64,000 nucleotides of DNA, taken from contig CAVUQH010000008.1 in assembly GCA_963743525.1 (NCBI GenBank), forward strand, positions 64,001 to 128,000, in the 5' to 3' direction. The DNA is from an uncultured delta proteobacterium (lineage in GTDB: Bacteria; Myxococcota_A; Polyangia; Haliangiales; Haliangiaceae). Made by a program: the position numbers and the translations under genes. The notes under the pieces were generated by a model, which saw only the letters and a list, made by a program, of their open reading frames with translations, did not search any database and was not told where the DNA came from. Of this stretch, positions 20,731 through 30,535 are shown piece by piece; positions within the stretch are counted from its first letter, which is position 1; the number at the start of each line of letters is the position of its first letter.

Positions 20731-21360
20731 ATGGGCACGCTCCAACATCGGCGGCTTCGCGTGTTGTGGGTCGCGCTGCTGTGGGCGTGTCTGAGCGGAC
20801 GGGCGCGCGCCGACACCGGGCTGGAGCTCGAGTCCGGCGCGGTCGCCTCGGCCGCTCCGGCCAAGGTCGGGCTCGAGCTCGGCGCTCGGCTGGCCTGGCC
20901 ACTGTCCTCGAACGCCGACCTCGACGTCGCCGCGGCCGCCCGCGGGATGCTGGCCGAGTCGGTCACCGACAGCTCCCAGTTCACCGAGCGAAACGTTCAC
21001 GGCATGGGGCTGCGCGCGATGGTCGGCATCCGCTATTGGGGTCGCGCGTCGCACCAGGGCCTGTACGTCCGCTTCGCCGTGGGCGGCGAGCACCAGTGGG
21101 TGCGGTCCCAGCTCGTCGATTCCAGCTATCAGGGTCCGCTCCAGCCACCGCTGCCACCCATGCCCAGGACGAGGACGTCGCTCGGATTGGTATTCGAGCC
21201 GAGCGTCGGCTATCGACTTACCCGCGGACGGTGGCAGCTGGGCGTCGAGGTGAGCGTCTGCCTGCCGGTCGAACACGAGCCGTACCCGCAACACGGTATC
21301 GACGAGTGGAGCCAATCGAAGGAGCTCCATCTGTCCCTGGTCGTCGCCCATCGCCTGTAG
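20731..21360 (+). CDS. Secreted/outer-membrane beta-barrel-like protein, paralog 2
   Basis: Colinear with previous gene (PAKVGLELG, RGMLAES, RNVHG, HQGLYVR, WQLGVEVSVCLP). Confidence 0.7.
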   Translation: MGTLQHRRLRVLWVALLWACLSGRARADTGLELESGAVASAAPAKVGLELGARLAWPLSSNADLDVAAAARGMLAESVTDSSQFTERNVHGMGLRAMVGIRYWGRASHQGLYVRFAVGGEHQWVRSQLVDSSYQGPLQPPLPPMPRTRTSLGLVFEPSVGYRLTRGRWQLGVEVSVCLPVEHEPYPQHGIDEWSQSKELHLSLVVAHRL

Positions 21361-21419
21361 GGCGCTGCGCCCGCTCGGCGCCGGGCACCCGATTGCGGGC
21401 GCCCGGGCCGGTGGCGGGG

Positions 21420-23543
21420 CTACTCGGCGCTCAGGTTGATCGACCGGATCAGCACGGTCAGCTTCTTGTCCAGATCGGCGCGCTGCTCGGACAGGCGGAC
21501 GAGATCTCCGGACAGCTGTCCAAGGTCCTTCTCCTGGTCGGCGAGCTTCTTCTCCAGCTGCCGGCGCAGGTCGGCGTTGCCCTTGGTCTTGCCCAGCATG
21601 GTCAGGTTGGCGCGGACGCGGTCCTGATCGCGGCTGAGGTCGTCGTGCAGCTTGCGCTTGCGCGCCATCTCCTTGTTGACGTCGTTCATCTGCCCCTTGA
21701 GCTTGATCGCCTGGGTCAGCACGCGGGCGACCGCAGGCGGCGCCTTGCCCGACTCGAGGTAGACGTCGAGCAGGTTCATGCTGATCTGGCTGTCGAACCG
21801 CTCGCGCCGCTGGATCTTGTGCGCCCACTCGATGTCGAGCTTGGCCTTGCCGTTGGCCGGCACCACCACCGGCACCATCAGCGCGTCGGGGGTGACGATG
21901 GTGTCGGCCGGCTGGTGCTGCAGCTTCCAGCCGGTGCGCCGCGCCGTCTTGACGTAGGCAGTGATCGGCGCCGGGTGGCGGTTGGTGACCTCGTAGGTGG
22001 TCGCCTGGATCTGCAGCACCTCGCTCAGCACCATGCCGTCGACGATCTTCAGCAGGCGCAGGCCTTCGTTGCGGGTGCCGTTGTGGCTGACCATGCTGAC
22101 GTTGCCGTCCATGGCGTAGCTGACGAACGCGGTGGTCGACTTCTCCATCCGCTCGATGAAGCCCTCGCCGACGAAGGTGCCGCCGGAGTAGATGGTCACC
22201 GGGCCCTTTTCCAGGGCGAAGCCGCTCTCGTTCTTGAACATCACCGCGCGGTAGGGGTGGGTCTCCTGCGGGCCGTTGGGGCGGAACAGCACCACGTCGC
22301 CGCCGGGCACGCGCTTGTTGATGATGGCGACCAGGGTCGACGACCGATCGGGCACGGTCACCGGATCCTGCAGGTCGTAGCGGAACAGCGAGCCGACGGT
22401 GGCGCCCTGCACGCGCGCCTCCTGGCGCTCGAGCTGGACGTCGAGGGGCTCTGCCGGGGCGGTGTCACCGTAGCCGGCGCTCTCTTCGTCCTTGTCCCAC
22501 ATGTTGTCGGCCTTGGCCGACGGCGCCGCCGCTCGCCCACCCGCGCTGCGCGACGCTCGGTGCGACGCCGGCCGTCGCGCGCGCTCGGCGGCTGGTGCCG
22601 GCGTGCTGGCGACGTTGCCCGGTTGATCGGTGGGCGGCGCCAGCGCCACCTGGCGGCCGCGCGGGGTCAGGTCGGGACGCTGGGTGAACTCGGGCGTGTG
22701 CAGGTCGTAGATGAACGAGATCGGCTGACCGGCCACCAGCGACAGCGACACGCGGTTCCAGTCCTCACCCGAGATGTTGTCGACCACCGCCCAGCCCTGC
22801 AGCAGCAGGCCGTTCTCGCCGGCGACCAGGCGATAGGCCGGCTTCCACCGCGGCATCTCGACGATGTAGCTGGCGGTGAGGTCGTGCTGCTTGTGCCCGG
22901 CGAGACCGATCGACAGCGCGATCGGCTTCCAGTTGCCCTCGTTGAGCGACACGTCCAGGCTCTGGTCGAGGCCGACGGACAGCGTGCGGTCCTCGAGATC
23001 GATGCGCGAGATGGCATCGACGGCGTAGACGCGCAGCCGGTTGTTGTCGGTCTTGATCGTCAGCCGCCAGTCGGCTTTGACGTCCTCGCCCGAGGCGTTG
23101 GCCTGCATGTTCTCGACGCCGACGATGCGACCGGTTACGTCTCCCTCGCTGCCGTGGACGGCGATGCGAGCGCCGCGGAAGACGCGCAGGACGTCGAGCA
23201 GGCCGCTGGCGTTGCGCACCTGTTCGGGCAGCTCGGACAGGACCTGCGCGCCGGTCTTCTCCATCGGCAGCGACACGCTCACGGCGCGGCCTTCGGACTG
23301 GTCGATGACCGTGAGCGACTTGAGCAGGTCGTTGATCTGGTTGGGGCGAATCTGCAGCGTCAGGGCGTCGCCGCTGATTCGGCCGCGGCGCTCGAAGTAG
23401 CCGACGCCGTTCTGATAGAGGACCACCCGCGTGATCGGGATCTCGGGGCCCTGCCCAGCGTGCGGCGCCGAGGCGCCCTGCGGGCGACAAGCAGTCAGCG
23501 CGACGAGCGCCGCTGCGGCTGTAAACCAACGAAAGTCATGCAT
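21420..23543 (-). CDS. DUF4139-domain lipoprotein
   Basis: Lipobox LTAC, ITRVVLYQNGVGYFER, WKPAYRL, QGWAVVDNISGEDW, C-terminal coiled coil. Confidence 0.85.
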   Translation of the reverse strand: MHDFRWFTAAAALVALTACRPQGASAPHAGQGPEIPITRVVLYQNGVGYFERRGRISGDALTLQIRPNQINDLLKSLTVIDQSEGRAVSVSLPMEKTGAQVLSELPEQVRNASGLLDVLRVFRGARIAVHGSEGDVTGRIVGVENMQANASGEDVKADWRLTIKTDNNRLRVYAVDAISRIDLEDRTLSVGLDQSLDVSLNEGNWKPIALSIGLAGHKQHDLTASYIVEMPRWKPAYRLVAGENGLLLQGWAVVDNISGEDWNRVSLSLVAGQPISFIYDLHTPEFTQRPDLTPRGRQVALAPPTDQPGNVASTPAPAAERARRPASHRASRSAGGRAAAPSAKADNMWDKDEESAGYGDTAPAEPLDVQLERQEARVQGATVGSLFRYDLQDPVTVPDRSSTLVAIINKRVPGGDVVLFRPNGPQETHPYRAVMFKNESGFALEKGPVTIYSGGTFVGEGFIERMEKSTTAFVSYAMDGNVSMVSHNGTRNEGLRLLKIVDGMVLSEVLQIQATTYEVTNRHPAPITAYVKTARRTGWKLQHQPADTIVTPDALMVPVVVPANGKAKLDIEWAHKIQRRERFDSQISMNLLDVYLESGKAPPAVARVLTQAIKLKGQMNDVNKEMARKRKLHDDLSRDQDRVRANLTMLGKTKGNADLRRQLEKKLADQEKDLGQLSGDLVRLSEQRADLDKKLTVLIRSINLSAE

Positions 23544-23601
23544 TTTTTCGTTTCGCCCGTTCGACGGCAGGGCGTCCTCCCCGAGTAGGACGGTATCACG
23601 G

Positions 23602-23622
23602 GGCGATTCCTTGGGAATCGCC
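23602..23622. terminator. GC-rich hairpin, possible terminator of the 25252-23636 gene
   Basis: GGCGATTCC-TTG-GGAATCGCC, 9-bp perfect stem. Confidence 0.45.
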
Positions 23623-23635
23623 GGCGCGGAGCTTC

Positions 23636-25252
23636 TTACGACACCTCTTCGAGGCGGCGGATGGCCTTCTTGTCGAAGACCACCCGCAGGTGACGCATGC
23701 TCTCGGAGCGGTCCTTGCCCCGGCCTGCCCCCAGGACCATCACCAGGTTGAGGTGATAGACCTTGTGGAAGTTTCGTTCGTCTACACGGTCATCGTCCTG
23801 GTCGTAGATGGCCAGGGTCTGGTTCGGATCGTCGGCACGGATGAGCAGCTCGCGCAGGGCGATGCGGGAGATGTCGTTGAGGTCGTAGTCCTCGAGGTGC
23901 ATCCGCTCGCGCAGCGCCTTGCTCTCCAGTCGGATCTCTTTGTCGTAGGCGAGGATCACCTCGCGCTTGGCATCGATCTCGACCGGCGAGCCGCTGCGGC
24001 GCCGGCGCAGCGCCAGCACCTCGGGCGGCACCTGATCTTCCTTGACGTAGCGGAACGACTCGCGGCTCTTGCCGATCAGCGCGCCGGTCATCGGATCGCG
24101 GATGTTGACCTTGTAGTCGGCCAGCCAGCGGTTGAAGCCGCGGTGGAAGGCCCGCTTGATCCAGTCCTTCATCCGGTCTTTGAGCATGTACGTCACCACC
24201 GCGGCGATGACGAAGCCGGCGCTGTTGATCATCCACATCCGCCTGCTCAGCAGCGCGGCCACGACGGTGAACAGCATCGCCACGCCGGCAGCGAAGCCGG
24301 CGACCAGGTCGCCCAGGCTGCGGCCTTCCTCTTCCTTGTCGATCTCGAGCCACAGCACCGAGGTGACCAGCTTCTTGAGCATGCCGCGGCGATAGACGAA
24401 ATGCTCGCCGTCGCCTTCTTCCCAGTCGTTGCCGTAGCCGGCGCCGACGCGATAGTCGCGCTCGGCCAGCAGCGCGGCCCGCGCGCGCCCGCGCAGCCCG
24501 TCGAGATCGCTGGTGGCCTGCGGCGCGAGGTCGATGGCGCGGAGCAGGTTGGTGAGATAGAGCTCGACCGCCTGGCTGATGTACTCGTTGACCATGGCGT
24601 AGGTGTCGCGCGTGCGCCGCGGCATCGGCTGATGGAGCAGGGTCGCGCGCAGCCCGCGCCACTCGGTGAGCAGCGAGGCCAGGTCGTCGAGGAAGCGGCC
24701 GCCGATGGTGCGGATGTCGTTAACCAGGATCGCGCGCGCCCGTTCGCCGTCGGGCAGCTTGCGCACGCGGACGATGATCGCCGCGACCTGATCGCGCAGG
24801 TTCGCGCGCAGGATGCAGCCGAACATGCGCAGCTCGTACGACAGCGCCGCCGCCAGCGACCGGGTGCGCGGCGATCGCCTCAGCTCACCGGACAGCGTGC
24901 GGATCTGCGCCAGCGGCGATCCTTCCGCGCTGGGGTCGGCCAGCTGCGCCATCGGCAGCACCGGTGTCTTGAAGCGCAGGTAGGTCTGGACGTCGTGATA
25001 GAACTGCGCGCGCGAGTAGGTCTGCTCGTTGAGGCCCAGGCTGCGCGGGACGAAGAAGTAGGTCTCGACCCGGTACCGCGAGTTCTTGGCGCCCCCCAGA
25101 TGGCAGTCCAGCTTCACCTCGACGTGGTCGCTGTCGTGGACGGCAACTCGACTGTCGATCGCTTCGTCGCGGTCCAAGGCCGCGAAACTGCTCAGTGGGC
25201 GTGGAAGGTTTATTGTGACAATCCTGTGACGGCCAAGTGTCAGTGTTGGCAC
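23636..25252 (-). CDS. Hypothetical protein with two TM helices (start uncertain)
   Basis: 538-aa ORF, YFFVPRSL, AAGVAMLF, TYMLKDRMKD, KVYHLNLV. Confidence 0.8.
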   Translation of the reverse strand: MPTLTLGRHRIVTINLPRPLSSFAALDRDEAIDSRVAVHDSDHVEVKLDCHLGGAKNSRYRVETYFFVPRSLGLNEQTYSRAQFYHDVQTYLRFKTPVLPMAQLADPSAEGSPLAQIRTLSGELRRSPRTRSLAAALSYELRMFGCILRANLRDQVAAIIVRVRKLPDGERARAILVNDIRTIGGRFLDDLASLLTEWRGLRATLLHQPMPRRTRDTYAMVNEYISQAVELYLTNLLRAIDLAPQATSDLDGLRGRARAALLAERDYRVGAGYGNDWEEGDGEHFVYRRGMLKKLVTSVLWLEIDKEEEGRSLGDLVAGFAAGVAMLFTVVAALLSRRMWMINSAGFVIAAVVTYMLKDRMKDWIKRAFHRGFNRWLADYKVNIRDPMTGALIGKSRESFRYVKEDQVPPEVLALRRRRSGSPVEIDAKREVILAYDKEIRLESKALRERMHLEDYDLNDISRIALRELLIRADDPNQTLAIYDQDDDRVDERNFHKVYHLNLVMVLGAGRGKDRSESMRHLRVVFDKKAIRRLEEVS

Positions 25253-25306
25253 AAAACCGCCCGGATAGCAACGATGTCCAGCGGTTGGGCACGATCGCAG
25301 ATCCCC

Positions 25307-26737
25307 TCATCGCGCGCGCAGTCGAGCGACCAACTCGTCCGCGGTTCCGGTGAAGCGGACGTTGGCCGGCACCGACACGAAGCCGTAGGCCGACAGCGGA
25401 GGCAGCTTGCCGCGAAGTTTCTCGATGGCGCTGACGTTGGTGCCCGGTGCCGCGATGACGGCCACCATCGGTGCCGCGTGCAGCCTGCGTCGCGTGTCGT
25501 CGATCTCCTTCAGCAGCCGACCCACGAAGGCGGCGTCGATGCTGGCGCGCTTCCACGCCAGGCTCCTCTCTTGCCGCAGCGTCACCCCGTTGCTCGGCTC
25601 GAGCTGGATTCCCAGCGAGCCGGGGGCGAAACGAACCATCGGGTCGAGTCCGGCCGGTGCGTCGAAGCCGAACGGCACCGGCGAATCGAGGAAGTCTACC
25701 GCCTCGGGGAGCTGCTGGCTCCACCCGTTCATGCGCGCGCGCAGCGCCGCCACCCTTGCCGCGCAGCGCCTGGCACGAGCGCCGCTGGACGCCGTGGGCT
25801 TTAGCTGGCCGGGCCGGTCTGCTGGAGGTGACGAGGCGCCGAAGTTCCACGTTGCGCGGTAGTGAGTTTCCGACAGACGCTCGCCGTCGTACTCGAAGAC
25901 CACCGTGTAGCGGCTGTCGCCCTCTATCGACATCTCAGTTGACGCGAACAGAGCCAGGCTTCGCCGCAGCGTGCCGTGGTGCTCGATGGCGTCCATGTGC
26001 ACGCTCACGCCGCCCGGCAGCTGGATCACGACCGGCTTCTTCGCCTTGCCGACGACTTCGAGGGTCATCGAGCTGCCGTCGAGCTTCGTCAGTCGCAGGT
26101 CGACCTGGGTGTCGATCGGCGTGCCGGCGACGCTGGGCTGGAACTGTACCCGCCAGTGGGCGCCTACCCCGACCGGAGTCTCGGGCAATCGGAAATGCTC
26201 GAGCGTGTCGAGCTGTATCGGCATCCCGCCAGTGGCTTGCTGCAGCTGCTGGGACAGCTGATCGACGCCGGGGGATGGCAGCACCGCCGCGTGCTCGTCC
26301 ACATCCACGTCGATTGGCTCGAGCTTGATTTGCGCCTCTCGCGCCGGCCGATCGGGAACCTTGATCGCGCGAGGCTCGAGGTGAACGTGGAAACGCCCGT
26401 GGTCGACCCCGACGATGCTGCGATGCTGAAAGCCGTATGCCGCCGGCAGGTGAGAGGTCACGGCCCCGCCGGGGTGAAACGCTTCGATCTGTCCCGTGAC
26501 CACGGTCTCGACGTCGCTGGCGTCGCCGGTCTTGCCGGTCATGCGCAGCGCCCGGCGCGGCTCGGCGCCGCGGGACAGCACGACCAGGCCGTCGGCCTCG
26601 GTGATCGGTTTCTCGGCGGGGGCGGCGGCGGCCGTCGGCGGTTGCTCGGTGCCAGGATCGCGGGGGCTCGATGGCGTCGTGCTGTTGCCACACGCGGCCA
26701 GCCCGAGCAGCACGAGGGGGAGTCGTGTCGCGCGCAT
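25307..26737 (-). CDS. Hypothetical lipoprotein
   Basis: Lipobox LAAC, GAEPRRALR, LPETPVGVGAHW. Confidence 0.75.
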   Translation of the reverse strand: MRATRLPLVLLGLAACGNSTTPSSPRDPGTEQPPTAAAAPAEKPITEADGLVVLSRGAEPRRALRMTGKTGDASDVETVVTGQIEAFHPGGAVTSHLPAAYGFQHRSIVGVDHGRFHVHLEPRAIKVPDRPAREAQIKLEPIDVDVDEHAAVLPSPGVDQLSQQLQQATGGMPIQLDTLEHFRLPETPVGVGAHWRVQFQPSVAGTPIDTQVDLRLTKLDGSSMTLEVVGKAKKPVVIQLPGGVSVHMDAIEHHGTLRRSLALFASTEMSIEGDSRYTVVFEYDGERLSETHYRATWNFGASSPPADRPGQLKPTASSGARARRCAARVAALRARMNGWSQQLPEAVDFLDSPVPFGFDAPAGLDPMVRFAPGSLGIQLEPSNGVTLRQERSLAWKRASIDAAFVGRLLKEIDDTRRRLHAAPMVAVIAAPGTNVSAIEKLRGKLPPLSAYGFVSVPANVRFTGTADELVARLRAR

Positions 26738-26875
26738 CGGCGGCACTCTAGCAAAGTGCAAGGCGGCCTATTTCCCTGCAATTCTGGTCACCTCGGATGC
26801 GTCGCATGGCGGGTCGCCGGGTGATGTCGGTTTATGTGAGCCGATCTGCGTTCAGTCAGGCACTTTGGGGGCGAA

Positions 26876-27595
26876 ATGCGACTCCTCGCCTCAGTTGCAC
26901 TGCTCGCGGCCGTGGCCGCTTGCTCATCCAATAGTCAGCGGAGTGGTGCTGGCGTTGACAGCGGTATCAACTGGGGTGACGGAGGAAACCCCGCGAACGG
27001 TGGCGCCGACGCGGGCACGCAGGGGCTGCCTCGATGCCAGGAGCCGGGCGTCGCGATCGTCACCGACATCGACGCGACGCTGACCACCAGCGACAACGAG
27101 TTCCTGACCCAGCTGCTCACCGGCAATCACGACCCGGCCGAGCGCGCGGGCGCCGCCGCGATGATCAACGACTACGCCGAGCGCGGCTACTTCATCCTCT
27201 ACCTGACCGCGCGGCCCGAGGGCGCGCCGGTGGGGCTCACGGGACAGAACGCCGCCGACGCCACCCAGGCGTGGCTGACCGATCACGGCTACCCGGTCGA
27301 TCCGGACCGCACGCGCATGGTCCTGGCCCCGGGGCTGGTGTTCGGCAACAGCGCCGCCGACTTCAAGAGCGGTGCGCTGATGGACATGCAGGGCGAGGGC
27401 TTCACCTTCGCCTACGCCTACGGCAATGCGACCAGCGACATCGATGCCTACGCGGCTGCTGGCATTCCCGTTGACGACACCTTCATCATCGGTCCCGAAG
27501 CCGGCACCGGCGGCACCGTCGCCGTGGACGGCGAGGACTGGCTCGGTCACACCGCCAGCTTCGTCGACACGCTGCCGGCGATCTGCTCGTGGTAG
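26876..27595 (+). CDS. LNS2/PITP-like HAD phosphatase lipoprotein
   Basis: Lipobox VAAC, DIDATLT, YLTARP, AYGNATSDIDAY. Confidence 0.8.
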   Translation: MRLLASVALLAAVAACSSNSQRSGAGVDSGINWGDGGNPANGGADAGTQGLPRCQEPGVAIVTDIDATLTTSDNEFLTQLLTGNHDPAERAGAAAMINDYAERGYFILYLTARPEGAPVGLTGQNAADATQAWLTDHGYPVDPDRTRMVLAPGLVFGNSAADFKSGALMDMQGEGFTFAYAYGNATSDIDAYAAAGIPVDDTFIIGPEAGTGGTVAVDGEDWLGHTASFVDTLPAICSW

Positions 27596-27599
27596 CAGC

Positions 27600-28607
27600 C
27601 TAGTCGAGCTCGTCGTCGTCGTCGGGGCCGCGCTCGGTCATGCCGTGACGCGACAGGTACTCGCTGCGCGCCAGACGCAGCCGCTCGGCCAGGGCGCCGC
27701 AGTTGGGCGGGCGCTGGTCCGGATCCTTGCGCAGGCACGCGGCGACGACCGAGCGAATCTCCAGGGGCACGGTGCCGGGCAGCGGCTGCGGCTGCTCGGT
27801 GAGGATCGTCATCAGATCCTCCTGCACGCACTCGCCCTTGCGGAACGGCAGGTCGGCCGTGATCATCTCGTGCAGCATCACGCCCAGCGCCCAGATGTCG
27901 GTCCGCTCGTCGACCGCGTCTTGTGCGATCTGCTCGGGCGCCATCGTCCGCGGCGTGCCGACCATGCCCGCGGGCTCGCCCTCGGGACCGCCGGCCAGCG
28001 GCCGGGCGATGCCGAAGTCGATCAGCTTGGGCACCAGTCGGCGGCGGTGGCGGGTGAGCAGCACGTTCTCGGACTTGATGTCGCGGTGCAGGAAGCCGGC
28101 GTTGTGCACCGCCTTGACCGCGTCGGCCAGGGCGATGCCGACGTCGAGCGCCTGCGACACGAGCAGCGGCGCGCGCGCCAGGCGGCTGGCCAGCGGCTCG
28201 CCCGAAGCCAACTCCATGACGTAGAACGGCAGGCCGTCGTCGTCGTTGCCGAAGTCATAGACGTCGATGACGTTGGGGTGGCGCACGGCGCCGGCGATGC
28301 GCGCCTCGCGCAGGAACAGCTCGCGCGCGTCGTGGTAGTGGGCCAGGTGGGGCAGCAGCCGTTTGATCGCCACCCGCTTGCCGATCAGAGTGTGCTCGGC
28401 CAGGTAGACCCGAGCCATGCCGCCTTCGCCGAGCAGACCGAGCACCCGGTAGCTGCCGAGATGTAGGCCCCGCGCCTTCACGGCGGGTACTGCCGGCAAC
28501 GATGGCACCGACGGCACGCCCGGTCGCGCTACTCCTTCGCGAATGGTGTCGTCCCAGCTGGCGCCACCGGATCCGGTCCAGGTCGCCGTTGCTGCTCGCT
28601 GGTGCAT
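27600..28607 (-). CDS. Ser/Thr protein kinase (start uncertain)
   Basis: LGEGGMARVY, VAIK, HRDIKSEN, DFG, GTPRTMAPE. Confidence 0.92.
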   Translation of the reverse strand: MHQRAATATWTGSGGASWDDTIREGVARPGVPSVPSLPAVPAVKARGLHLGSYRVLGLLGEGGMARVYLAEHTLIGKRVAIKRLLPHLAHYHDARELFLREARIAGAVRHPNVIDVYDFGNDDDGLPFYVMELASGEPLASRLARAPLLVSQALDVGIALADAVKAVHNAGFLHRDIKSENVLLTRHRRRLVPKLIDFGIARPLAGGPEGEPAGMVGTPRTMAPEQIAQDAVDERTDIWALGVMLHEMITADLPFRKGECVQEDLMTILTEQPQPLPGTVPLEIRSVVAACLRKDPDQRPPNCGALAERLRLARSEYLSRHGMTERGPDDDDELD

Positions 28608-28755
28608 GACCGCTCCCACCCTGGTTACGACGAAACCACCGGGAGATCGGGAGGGCAACTTTGTGGAAAGTGCGCGACTCGTTCGGCAGTCGCGGAACGT
28701 GGCGAGCTCGCCGCAGTCGCGCGACATTCTGATCGTTCTGGCGCCCCTGGTGCTG

Positions 28756-29956
28756 CTATTCGGCTACCAGCGCCCGGGCCAGCGCGGCGTCCGACATCGG
28801 CAGGCGCTCGTCGCCGATCTCCTGCACCGATTCGTGGCCTTTGCCGGCGATGACGACGACGTCGGCGGGAATGGCCTGTCCGATCGCGAAGGCGATCGCG
28901 GCCGGGCGATCGAGCTCTCGATGCCAGACGGCGCCGGGCCCGCTGGCACCCGCGCGCACGGCGTCGGCGATCGCGGCCGGATCCTCGTGGCGCGGATTGT
29001 CGCTGGTCAGCACCGCGACGTCGCTGAGACGGTGGACGATGCCGCCCATTTGCGGTCGCTTGCCGCGATCGCGATCGCCGCCGCAGCCGAACACGCAGAT
29101 CAGTTCGACCGCCGTCGCCGACCAGCTGGCGCGCGGTGCGCAGCGTGCCGTCGAGCCCGTCGGGTGTGTGGGCGTAGTCGACGACGACCAGCGGCGCGCG
29201 GGCGACGGTTTCGAACCGACCGGGCACGCCGGCAAACGCGGCCAGGCCGGCGCGGATCGCGTCGGGCGCGTAGCCGATGGCGTCGGCGGCCAGCGCCGCG
29301 GCCAGCGCGTTTTGTGCGTGGACGTCGCCGACCACCGACAGCTGCAGACGGCCACCCAGCGCGTCGGCCAGTCGCGAAGGCGCCAGCGTCACGTCGGTGC
29401 CGGCGGCCGATACCCGCACCGCGGCCGCCGCCAGGTCGGCATCGACGTCGCGCACGGAGAAGCGCCGCACCTGCTGCGTCGCCGGCAGCAGCGACACGAT
29501 CAGCGCCGCCGACGGATCGTCGCCGTTGACCACCGCGACACCGTCCGCCGGCAAGGCCAGGAACAGCTGCGCCTTGGCCGCCAGGTACGCCTCCGGGCTG
29601 CCGTGCATGTCGAGGTGATCGCGCGACAGGTTGGTGAACACCGCCACGCGCGGTGGCCAACGCCGGGCCAGACCGCCGGCCAGCGCCTTGGACGTCACCT
29701 CGAGGGCCAGCGTGCGCACACCGCGCTCGACCGCCTGCTCGACGGTGCGCGCGAACTCGTCGGTGGCGTCGGCGCCTTCGATCGACTCGTCGCACACCCG
29801 CGCGCCGAGCGTGGTCAGCCGCGCCCACGGCTCGCCCGCGGCGCGGACGATCGACGCGATCATCGACGTGGTCGTGGTCTTGCCGTTGGTGCCGGTGACC
29901 GCGGCGGTGGTCAGGCGCGGATGCGCGCGGGCAAAGCGTTCGGCGAGAGTCGGCAC
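28756..29956 (-). CDS. MurE-like Mur ligase lacking the N-terminal domain (frameshift near 29105)
   Basis: VTGTNGKTTT, LEVTSKAL, FTNLSRDHLD, VPGRFE, VDYAHTPD, FGCGGDRD, SDNPR, AGKGHE; GTG at 29956 lies under 20 codons before the P-loop. Confidence 0.85.
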
Positions 29957-29966
29957 GCGCGCCGGA

Positions 29967-30356
29967 CTACTGCCAGCCGATGCACTCGCCGCTGGGATCC
30001 CAGTTGACGCACTCGTTGGCCGGCGCCATCTGGCTGTCGCCGGCCCAGCCGATGCACTCGCCGCTGGGATCCCAGTTGACACACTCGTCGGCAGGCGCGG
30101 GCGGGGTTCCCTCGGCGGTCGGCTGATAGCCGGACTCGTTGACCGGTGCCGCGCTGTCGCCGGCCCAGCCGATGCACTCGCCGCTGGGATCCCAGCTGGT
30201 GCACTCGTCGGCAGGCGCCGCCGCCGGCTCTTGCGATTGCGCCGCCTGGGCGGCGGGCGTCTGCGGCTGTGGCTGGGTTTGAATCACGCAGCCGACGGTC
30301 TGGCTGAGGCTCATCGACAGCGCGATGGCCGCGAACTTCTCGCGATTGATCTTCAT
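29967..30356 (-). CDS. Small repeat lipoprotein (3x PAxECxxWDPSGECIGW; 8 PxxE motifs)
   Basis: GGGGGA RBS, MKINREKFAAIALSMSLSQTVGC signal/lipobox, internal repeats. Confidence 0.85.
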   Translation of the reverse strand: MKINREKFAAIALSMSLSQTVGCVIQTQPQPQTPAAQAAQSQEPAAAPADECTSWDPSGECIGWAGDSAAPVNESGYQPTAEGTPPAPADECVNWDPSGECIGWAGDSQMAPANECVNWDPSGECIGWQ

Positions 30357-30535
30357 CGTGGGTCCCCCCGGTGAAGAGAGCAGCAGAGCATCGGCCGGGG
30401 CGGCGGTCAATGCCCCCCGTGGCGGCAAAAGGCGGCGGATCGGCGTGCCCGGCCCCTCGGGGCCCAACAAGGTGATGACCTGCGTGTGATTGAACCATTT
30501 ACGCCACATGACGCGGTCCTTTCTACGCTTGTCCC

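Noticed and set aside
29967..30215. Spaced direct repeats resembling a mini CRISPR array
   Set aside because: Repeats are in-frame coding modules with irregular spacing, and no cas genes are present.
30357..30535. Possible riboswitch in the leader of the repeat lipoprotein gene
   Set aside because: GC-rich pairing is possible, but no known aptamer consensus was recognisable; needs an Rfam/Infernal scan.
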